Under the pieces are notes generated by a model, which ran no database searches, had not been told where the DNA came from, and saw nothing but the letters and a program-made list of their open reading frames with translations. The translations under genes were made by a program, and so were the position numbers. Shown here piece by piece: positions 1 to 7,286 of a stretch of 23,801 nucleotides of DNA; positions within the stretch are counted from its first letter, which is position 1; each line of letters starts with the position of its first letter. The DNA lies in IMG/VR virus record IMGVR_UViG_3300028195_000021. The stretch is one strand, 5' to 3'. This stretch comes from a virus.

Positions 1-201
1 ATCAGCATCTACAATTGCAGGCACTGGTAGATTATTAGCTTTAGCTTCTGCTTTTGCAGCTTCTCTACGTTCTTTAGCTGCATTTTTTAATCTTTCTATT
101 TCTACTTGACCATTAGCTACACTACACATCATCACTGCCAACACTCCAAAAGTAAGTAACTTAATTCCCCATTTTGTAACCTTACTTTTTAGTTCATTCA
201 T
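1..201 (-). CDS. Partial ORF (N-terminal 67 aa, runs off the window): putative secreted or membrane-anchored protein
   Basis: Not in the ORF track. Hand translation from ATG at 201: MNELKSKVTKWGIKLLTFGVLAVMMCSVANGQVEIERLKNAAKERREAAKAEAKANNLPVPAIVDAD. Preceded by TAGGAG-TATACA-ATG. Basic N-terminus plus hydrophobic stretch resembles a signal peptide. Confidence 0.8.
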   Translation of the reverse strand, partial: MNELKSKVTKWGIKLLTFGVLAVMMCSVANGQVEIERLKNAAKERREAAKAEAKANNLPVPAIVDAD

Positions 202-210
202 TGTATACTC

Positions 211-279
211 CTAACAATTACAATTTTCACAAGTGCAATTTTCACATTCACAATTTGGATTATCACATACGTTTTTCAT
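211..279 (-). CDS. 22-aa Cys-rich metallothionein-like peptide MKNVCDNPNCECENCTCENCNC
   Basis: Not in the ORF track. ATG at 279 has TAGGAG 7 nt upstream (292-287) and TAG stop at 213-211. It has 7 Cys in a C-x4-CxC-xx-CxC-xx-CxC pattern and fills the gap between two genes exactly. Confidence 0.75.
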   Translation of the reverse strand: MKNVCDNPNCECENCTCENCNC

Positions 280-289
280 TTTATTTCTC

Positions 290-1336
290 CTAAAAATAAG
301 TTCCAAATAATATACTGAAACTCTTACCTCGTTCCCCATAATCATTAACTACGGTGTTATATCCCATTGAAACACCTAAATTAAATGAGAAAGCCGTTCC
401 TAATTTCCAATCCATTGATATGGTTGGCATAAAAATAACAGGACTTCTCAGTAATAAATATCTATCTCCTGGATTATTACCTTCATAATATCTCATTAGA
501 GTATAGGCAATATAGTTAGAAAATGTAATTGTATTTCCACCCATTATCTTAAATGGAAATCTTTGTCCATATACCATCGTTAAATTTCCAAAATTATTAC
601 CACTAACTCTTCCATATGTGCCTGAAAAAACAAATGCTTCAGCATTTTTCTTTTGTAATGATTTGGCATATGAAGTAGATAATAACCAATCCCATCCCTC
701 AAATGTTTGATATGTTAAAGCACTTCCATTCAATACTACATTTTGTTTTTTGGCTTTAAACTTAAATCCTTGACCATATGTAAGAGAACCTTTTCTGAAA
801 TCATTAGTAAAATTAAAATTACCATCGTGTCTTTTTCTACCATCAAATGAAGTTGCTGTATAAACACTATTGAAAGATGTTATCCATTTTTCCTCACCTT
901 GTGTAGAACGGATAGCATAATTAACCTGCTGTGGTGTAGATGATATATCTTCTCCACCACCTTCATCCTTACTAAATTGCTCACTAACATTTTCTGCAAG
1001 TACTGAAGATAATAACTCTTCTGCAACTTTAACTGCACAAGGAAACAAATCTTCGAAATCTTGATAAACTTTTTGTGCCCAATCTTCTATAGCGTATACT
1101 GGTACATTAGTTAATGGATCATACCTTACTATTTCTAATGCCTCTTCTAAGGTAAAAAACTTAGTACGATTGTAATAAGTTACTGTGAACCCTTTATCAT
1201 TTCCTGCAATTGAATAATTACTACGAACTACAGTTTGTTGACACGGGTCTATATAAGAATAAAAAAAAGATTGGGCAGAAACACTACTCCACAATAAAAA
1301 AATTAATATTAGTTTCTGCCACATCCATTTTACCAA
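290..1336 (-). CDS. Putative outer-membrane beta-barrel protein with signal peptide
   Basis: N-terminal signal peptide (WQKLILIFLLWSSVSA-Q). The C-terminal ~200 aa show alternating aromatic/hydrophobic strand patterns and end in SFSILFGTYF, a C-terminal Phe beta-signal. The annotated start is TTG; ATG at 1324 is an alternative. Confidence 0.55.
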   Translation of the reverse strand: MVKWMWQKLILIFLLWSSVSAQSFFYSYIDPCQQTVVRSNYSIAGNDKGFTVTYYNRTKFFTLEEALEIVRYDPLTNVPVYAIEDWAQKVYQDFEDLFPCAVKVAEELLSSVLAENVSEQFSKDEGGGEDISSTPQQVNYAIRSTQGEEKWITSFNSVYTATSFDGRKRHDGNFNFTNDFRKGSLTYGQGFKFKAKKQNVVLNGSALTYQTFEGWDWLLSTSYAKSLQKKNAEAFVFSGTYGRVSGNNFGNLTMVYGQRFPFKIMGGNTITFSNYIAYTLMRYYEGNNPGDRYLLLRSPVIFMPTISMDWKLGTAFSFNLGVSMGYNTVVNDYGERGKSFSILFGTYF

Positions 1337-1992
1337 CCCCTACGGTCAATTGCTTTTATAACATTGACTACGGCTGTCTCCATAGCTTTATTTGATGCGG
1401 AACTTAAAGAAGATTGATTCCAAGCCATATTAGGATTCATAAGAAATCCTCTACCTACGGTTGAAGCTCTTCCTTGACCACTACCAACAACATACTGTGT
1501 ATTCTCATTGTTAATCAACTTAACCTGAATACCAACTATTGTTTCATTGATAGTCTCCACCTTACCAGCTTTTATTTCTTCTTTTAGATTGACAGCAAAA
1601 TCATAAATGGTTACATAACCAGAATACTTTGCCGTTGTGATTTTAGCCTTATTAGCTTTCAAATCATTTCTGATAGCTAACTGCATATCTCTGTCGGCTT
1701 CAATCATATTAAATCTACCGATATAAGATACAACGTTCTGAAGTTCTTGTGTTAGACCGAAAGCAACTCTCTTCTCTGCTAGTTCAGGATATCGTTCTTC
1801 CATATCTTTATTAGCTCTTACTTCAAGTATTTTTAATCCATCTACTTTAGTTACGACAACTTCATCCATTGATTTTTCTTTTTCATACTCACCTACATAT
1901 TGTTCTGTTTGAACGGAAGCCGCACACCCAATTATTTGGGACATTACGAATCCTAAAACAACAAACAATACAAAACGATAATTGTTTTTCAT
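1330..1992 (-). CDS. csgG: CsgG/HfaB-like outer-membrane lipoprotein
   Basis: Lipobox IIG-C at Cys23. GRFNMIE.DR, GYVTIYDF and VGIQVKLIN...VVGSGQG segments resemble the CsgG family. AGGAG RBS. Confidence 0.6.
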   Translation of the reverse strand: MKNNYRFVLFVVLGFVMSQIIGCAASVQTEQYVGEYEKEKSMDEVVVTKVDGLKILEVRANKDMEERYPELAEKRVAFGLTQELQNVVSYIGRFNMIEADRDMQLAIRNDLKANKAKITTAKYSGYVTIYDFAVNLKEEIKAGKVETINETIVGIQVKLINNENTQYVVGSGQGRASTVGRGFLMNPNMAWNQSSLSSASNKAMETAVVNVIKAIDRRGW

Positions 1993-2001
1993 TGTTATCT
2001 C

Positions 2002-2394
2002 CTATTTAAAATCTGCTAAAGGGTCTTTAAGTAGTTCTTCTAACTTCTTAATTTCTCTTTTCAAACCTTTGATTTCATTGGTTAAGTTAGCTACATCTTT
2101 ATCATAAGATTTAACTTTAGGTGTTTTTAAGTTATCAAGTTTATCACGAAGATACTTGATGTCTTCATCATATGAATCAAGTTTAGAAGTTACCAATTCT
2201 ATATCACTTGCATCTGCAAATCCTGTTACTATTTCTTCTAATCCATCAATACGACCAGTAAACGAATACCAACCTGCTATTCCTGTGGATAGAACCGTTA
2301 CAAGAGCTATGATATTTTGGATTGATAATCCAAACTTTTTATTCTTCATCTCTTCTACAGCGGATTCTGCATCCACTACTTTATTTTTCGCCAT
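2002..2394 (-). CDS. Single-pass membrane protein with C-terminal coiled coil
   Basis: Hydrophobic segment IIALVTVLSTGIAGWYSF followed by heptad-like Leu/Ile periodicity (VANLTNEIKGLKREIKKLEELL). Confidence 0.75.
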   Translation of the reverse strand: MAKNKVVDAESAVEEMKNKKFGLSIQNIIALVTVLSTGIAGWYSFTGRIDGLEEIVTGFADASDIELVTSKLDSYDEDIKYLRDKLDNLKTPKVKSYDKDVANLTNEIKGLKREIKKLEELLKDPLADFK

Positions 2395-2395
2395 T

Positions 2396-3232
2396 TTACA
2401 ACTCCAGGTTTATTGTTAATCTAATTGTGTTACTCAACGGTAACGTCTTGTCTCCATAAATATAACTCATACCAACAATATACTTGTCATATTTAAAATC
2501 TAATCCAAATGTGGGATAAGTTAATTCGTGCATATCATCCATATAATATCCAACTTTTCCCCACAACATATTTTTATAATTATAACTTGTTCCAACACCA
2601 AATGTTTGATGTTTTTCCATTTTATTAAATTGACCATAAAACATAAAATCTTTATATGGATATGTTCCAGCCACATTTACACTTGTGGGTAGTTCTGATT
2701 TATAACTACCGAACTTAGGTGCAAATCCAAAGTTACGAACCATAACATCTAAATCTAAATCTTTATACACTTTAGGAAAATAACCACCAACTCCAAATAC
2801 TAAACCGTTTGCTTTTTGAGTATGTAAGTCGTGTGTTATTAGTTTTACATCTAACCCTAAGTTATATTTACTAACCTTACGTGCATAACTAAAACCATAT
2901 ACTGCACTTAATGGTGTGAATTGTCCTTCTATAATTCCACTTTCATTTGTTTGATTTTGTTCTCCATAATTAAAGAACATAATATTAACTCCAAATGGGC
3001 CTCTATCAATATTTAAGAAATTATAACTCATATCATCTACAATATTAGTCATCCAATTTACTCTACTAAAACTGAAATGGTCTTTATCAAAAAGATTACG
3101 GGCTGGGTTCATCATTGGTAACATTACATTACCAATAGAACTTACTTGAGCAGTTGGTGCTAAGGTTAATATTCTATTTGCTTGTGCGAATATACTACTA
3201 AAAAGTAGTAATGTCAATAGTATTTTTTTCAT
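2396..3232 (-). CDS. porV: PorV/PorQ-family T9SS outer-membrane beta-barrel (shuttle-like protein)
   Basis: Signal peptide, then ILTLAPTAQVSSIGN...NPA...NWMTNIVDDM...FFNYGEQNQTNESGIIEGQFTP. These match the order and spacing of the conserved N-terminal PorV motifs as recalled (FL.I.P.AR..GMG / NPA / W...LV.D / YF..G.I..TDE.G...G.F.P). The remainder is amphipathic beta-strands. Confidence 0.75.
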   Translation of the reverse strand: MKKILLTLLLFSSIFAQANRILTLAPTAQVSSIGNVMLPMMNPARNLFDKDHFSFSRVNWMTNIVDDMSYNFLNIDRGPFGVNIMFFNYGEQNQTNESGIIEGQFTPLSAVYGFSYARKVSKYNLGLDVKLITHDLHTQKANGLVFGVGGYFPKVYKDLDLDVMVRNFGFAPKFGSYKSELPTSVNVAGTYPYKDFMFYGQFNKMEKHQTFGVGTSYNYKNMLWGKVGYYMDDMHELTYPTFGLDFKYDKYIVGMSYIYGDKTLPLSNTIRLTINLEL

Positions 3233-6003
3233 TATTTCACCACCGTAAATTTATTAGCTTTAATTCTATTATCTGTTTGCATTACAAAGATATAAACTCC
3301 TGGTTCTAATTTTTGATGATTTTCATACACACTCACATCAGGCAACCAAACCGTTGGTTCATTTGTAAAATCAAATGTATGTAATCCAGTCAACACGTGT
3401 TCATTTAAAAGTGTTCCTATTCTTTGTCCAATAGAATTTAAAATATATAATTGAACATCTTTTGGTTCATCTAAAAAGAATTGAAATTTAGTATTCTCTA
3501 TAAATGGGTTTGGATAGTTATATGTTATTGCTTCTTCATCTGGTTTTCCACCACCAAATGCCCAATACTTATTCCATACCCATACTTCACCATCACTCTT
3601 ACTCATAGTTAAGTCTCTACCTGCAGGTGTTCCAGCTGCGTGCTTACCAATAAAATTTATTGGAGCTTGTGTCCACTCAGTATCAGGAAACGCTGCTTCA
3701 AATACTAAATTTAATCCTACAATCTCTTTATCAATCCAATATCTTTCTGGTGCATTACTTGGTGAATAATCTACACCACCAAACGAAACCCTTTGCCAAT
3801 TATTTACGGGTTCGTGAACATTTACATATGTCATCCACGGGCCTGGTAAAATATCTGTTTTCATATCTATAAAATGTAATACCGTTGTATCAAACTCAAC
3901 TTCAAATTCAAAACCAGATATAAGAACTCCCGCTCTCGGTGTAATAGTTAACGGAACTTCTATCTGATTACCTGATTGAACTCTAACTGTAGAATCAGCG
4001 GGTAAAGAAAGAATAACGTCAACATTCTTAGATTTACTTAATATTCCTGGTGTATTATCTCCTATATTAATTTTTTGATTCCAGTTAGCTGGTGCATTAC
4101 CTACCGCCCCCCACCGATAATATGTTGTGGTATTAGTTTGTGTCTGATATGCATCACTACCAACTTTTGTACCTGTAGTGTTTATATCACCTGTAAAGAA
4201 ATATGATAAACTATCAATCGTGTAATCTGGATTTACATCATTTGTTACTTTATCTGCGTGCCACGTAGAAGTTCCAGCTCCAACATTATAATGTATCGTG
4301 TCTAATCCAGTTATAACATCATCCATCAATGGATTTAAAGTTTCTATAGGGTTATATGTTAAAGCTTGAGCTTGATTAAAATCTCCATCTTCAAATACTG
4401 TAAACTCATATTTTTGTAGTCTTGATTGTCCATTTAAAGTTTGATAATATCCACGAGCTGTTGGTGTTCCAGCTACGTGAAACGTATCTATTGTAGACCA
4501 ATCCTCATAAGAGTTTCCATTATGGTGTGTATAGTTATTCATTATTCCTGATACATAACTCCATAATATATAAGTGTCGTTTAACTGAAATAAATCATCT
4601 CCGTCAACATCACCAATAAAGTATTCAATAGAATTTAATGTGTCTATTCTACCACCACCACTATTATAATTGTGATGTTTACCTGATTGGAAGTTAAATG
4701 ACATTATAGCATCGGTTACATTTGTAATTTGATTTCTATCTAATTCAAGTTGAACGTGGTTTTCAATATCATCACTTGCATCAGGAGGCCAAAATGACAT
4801 TCGGTATCCATTGTTTCTTGGTAACTGTATATTATAATATCCATTAGAATCTGTATAAGTTGAATCATAATAAGATATACCAAGAAATCCCTCTGCGGGC
4901 ACTACTTGGTCTGCTATTGTTGTTTTTTTAAGATAAAAATATCCTGGAGCTCCTGATTGATAATTACCAATAACGTCATCGGTAGTATTAGTTTCTGTTG
5001 TTGTAGTAGCATCTGTAATTGATTCTATGTTATACCAATTAGAATAAGAATGTGGATTACTTTGGTCTAATTCAAATTTTATTTTCCAATATGGATATGT
5101 GTTGTCTGTTGCTGTAGTGAATGCTGCTGCAACGGCTCTACCTTTACCTTGAACATATCTTAAATAACCCTCTACATCTACTAACTTTGGATGTAATGTA
5201 ATATCACCACGGGCACCACCTATACCAACTCCATCTTGTCCTGTGTTACCATCTATATAAACTTGATATGTAGTTAGATAATTTCCATTTGTTACATAAG
5301 TATAATATCCAGTTCCAGCTAAATATTTAGTTGCTACTCTAAATGATTTAGCAGAAAAATTATCTACAACATCTTTTATTCTAAAATGTAATTTTAATAA
5401 TTCTGTTTGAGTAGAATCTCCATTACCAAATGTGTGCGTATTTCCATTATGAGAAACCATTGTGATTCTTAACCAATCATATCGAGCATCTGTAATAGAT
5501 TTTGAAGTATCTTGTGTTCCACCTGCGGCTAATGAATCAGCATATCCTACATCAGCATACCTAACAACTTCGTAAGAGTAATGTGCAGCTGCTGCACTAT
5601 CTCCTTCAGTCCAACCATTTATATATGCACCTTTCTCTACGTGGGTTGAATCGTGAGTCCAATCTATTAAATCATTATCAAATACTAAATCTAAACGAAA
5701 AGCAGTTACATCGGCATCGTTGTCATCAAGTGTAACAGCAATTGTCATTACTGAATCTCTCCAAGCATCAAAGTTATTATTCTTATACGCAACACCTCTA
5801 GTCTTACTTTTATAAGTACCGTTAGTTGGATTAGCTAAACCAGTAGTATCATCTGCTAAAAATCCTCTTAGCTTAAAATTTTCTTGTGCTCCCCACCAAT
5901 ACTTTGGTGTGTTATACTCCCTTGATTGCATAAGTCTAATTATTGGTGTCTGAGTATATACGAAACTCATCACCATCAAGAGGCTTAATAAAAATTTACG
6001 CAA
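3232..6003 (-). CDS. Secreted cohesin/dockerin-like protein with T9SS type A C-terminal sorting domain
   Basis: TTG start with GAGGAG RBS and signal peptide. Cohesin-like segment at ~5370-5755 (IAVTLD...VTAFRLDLVFD...LRITMVS...LLKLHFRIK). Dockerin-like Ca-binding motif at ~4540-4740 (VTDAIMSF...GDVDGDDLFQLNDTYILWSYVSG). Second cohesin-like segment at ~3610-3990 (IEVPLTI...ISGFEFEVEFDTTVLHF). C-terminal YNYPNPF...VQLYILNSIGQRIGTLLN...LEPGVYIFVMQT...KFTVVK is typical of T9SS CTDs. Confidence 0.8.
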   Translation of the reverse strand: MRKFLLSLLMVMSFVYTQTPIIRLMQSREYNTPKYWWGAQENFKLRGFLADDTTGLANPTNGTYKSKTRGVAYKNNNFDAWRDSVMTIAVTLDDNDADVTAFRLDLVFDNDLIDWTHDSTHVEKGAYINGWTEGDSAAAAHYSYEVVRYADVGYADSLAAGGTQDTSKSITDARYDWLRITMVSHNGNTHTFGNGDSTQTELLKLHFRIKDVVDNFSAKSFRVATKYLAGTGYYTYVTNGNYLTTYQVYIDGNTGQDGVGIGGARGDITLHPKLVDVEGYLRYVQGKGRAVAAAFTTATDNTYPYWKIKFELDQSNPHSYSNWYNIESITDATTTTETNTTDDVIGNYQSGAPGYFYLKKTTIADQVVPAEGFLGISYYDSTYTDSNGYYNIQLPRNNGYRMSFWPPDASDDIENHVQLELDRNQITNVTDAIMSFNFQSGKHHNYNSGGGRIDTLNSIEYFIGDVDGDDLFQLNDTYILWSYVSGIMNNYTHHNGNSYEDWSTIDTFHVAGTPTARGYYQTLNGQSRLQKYEFTVFEDGDFNQAQALTYNPIETLNPLMDDVITGLDTIHYNVGAGTSTWHADKVTNDVNPDYTIDSLSYFFTGDINTTGTKVGSDAYQTQTNTTTYYRWGAVGNAPANWNQKINIGDNTPGILSKSKNVDVILSLPADSTVRVQSGNQIEVPLTITPRAGVLISGFEFEVEFDTTVLHFIDMKTDILPGPWMTYVNVHEPVNNWQRVSFGGVDYSPSNAPERYWIDKEIVGLNLVFEAAFPDTEWTQAPINFIGKHAAGTPAGRDLTMSKSDGEVWVWNKYWAFGGGKPDEEAITYNYPNPFIENTKFQFFLDEPKDVQLYILNSIGQRIGTLLNEHVLTGLHTFDFTNEPTVWLPDVSVYENHQKLEPGVYIFVMQTDNRIKANKFTVVK

Positions 6004-6075
6004 TGTAAATCTCCTCGTTATGTTCTAAGTTAAGTAACCTTTTAGAATAAAAAGGGTTTTGATTTATTCCTTACA

Positions 6076-6085
6076 TATAAATATT
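6076..6085 (-). promoter_or_regulatory. Putative phage late-promoter motif (AATATTTATA on the coding strand; TATAAATATT on +)
   Basis: Intergenic, about 70 nt upstream of the 6003 start. The identical 10-mer occurs at 10406-10415 and the 8-mer core occurs three times at 22715-22787. Confidence 0.45.
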
Positions 6086-6161
6086 ATATATATAAGTTAT
6101 AATTAGTTTATTGGATGTATTAATTTGTATTAATTTGTGTCGAATTTCACAACAAAATTAC

Positions 6162-7274
6162 TTATAAATCAAACCTAATAGTGAATGCCATGTCATATTT
6201 TTTTGATTTTTTTATTGGTTTGGCAAGTTTTGAAACTGCTAATAAATCATCATTATCGTTATATAACCCTATCGTAGTTACATAAGTATGAAAATCTGAA
6301 TGTGATACAAAATTTTCTAACTTAAATGTAGGTTTTATTAAAGTATTTTCTTGATACTCTTCATATTTTGTATAATGACCAATTGCAGGATATGCACTTG
6401 AAGTTCTTTCTAACCCTTGTCTAACGTCTGGAAAATATTCTAAATTAGAACCTACCCAATCAGAACCAGAACCTTCAAAAGTTGCACTTTTATTTGTTGG
6501 GGTGTTAAATTCATTTTTCTTTGCTATGACTAAATATTCGTGTTCGTATATTGTTTGAGAATTTTCAAATTCTAATTCCCAACCATCAGAACCAGAACCT
6601 AAACCCACTTCATTATAACTACCTGTATCTGTTATACAAACTAATCCATGTTGATAAAAAACATTTCCAACTAAACTACCACTATTATTACTGTCTGGAG
6701 TTCCTGCTGCATAACTTGAACTAAATGCAGTATCGTACATATTGCCATAACCATCATCAACCAACACAAGTGTTTGTGATGTACTATTATCAAGTATTCT
6801 TACACTACCTGGATATATCTGTTCTCCAAAAAATTTACGGGGAACATTAAATACTTGTACTGAATCGTGTAATTGTCGTCTACGAGGTGTAGAAAGAGTT
6901 GTTTCATTAGGTCTTGGCCAAGCAAGTTCTAAATCATCAAAAGTTTTATCGGGTTGTGGACAGTTTGCAGACCATGGATTAGGTGTTTCTTCACCTTTTA
7001 CATATAAGTGATGAATTGATCTCCATATTGGTTTATGATACCAAGTACCAACACTATACCATTCATCTTTTCCGTGTCCTAAAGATTTAGATTCTTCACT
7101 AAATGCACCAATTGATTGTGAGGCCGCACTGGCAGAGTTAAACCCCAACAAACTTCCACTATGTCCTTCAAGAACAAAGACACCACTTCCAGAATCTACT
7201 TCTGTAAAGGAATATGCCTTATGAACCTTAAAGGGTGTGAATTTATAATCACCAACACCAAGGTTCTTAAACAT
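6162..7274 (-). CDS. Virion tail/baseplate protein, paralog of 7287-8360
   Basis: C-terminal YVTTIGLYNDNDDLLAVSKLAKPIKK...FTIRFDL resembles the C-terminal half of tail-collar fibre (P2 gpH N-terminal-type) domains. It lies in the baseplate operon. Confidence 0.6.
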   Translation of the reverse strand: MFKNLGVGDYKFTPFKVHKAYSFTEVDSGSGVFVLEGHSGSLLGFNSASAASQSIGAFSEESKSLGHGKDEWYSVGTWYHKPIWRSIHHLYVKGEETPNPWSANCPQPDKTFDDLELAWPRPNETTLSTPRRRQLHDSVQVFNVPRKFFGEQIYPGSVRILDNSTSQTLVLVDDGYGNMYDTAFSSSYAAGTPDSNNSGSLVGNVFYQHGLVCITDTGSYNEVGLGSGSDGWELEFENSQTIYEHEYLVIAKKNEFNTPTNKSATFEGSGSDWVGSNLEYFPDVRQGLERTSSAYPAIGHYTKYEEYQENTLIKPTFKLENFVSHSDFHTYVTTIGLYNDNDDLLAVSKLAKPIKKSKKYDMAFTIRFDL

Positions 7275-7286
7275 CCTGTATCTCCC

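Noticed and set aside
6116-6137. 10-bp direct repeat tgtattaatt x2 and an imperfect hairpin at 6036-6058
   Set aside because: Short AT-rich elements expected by chance; the hairpin has a bulge and a weak stem, so it is not called as a terminator.
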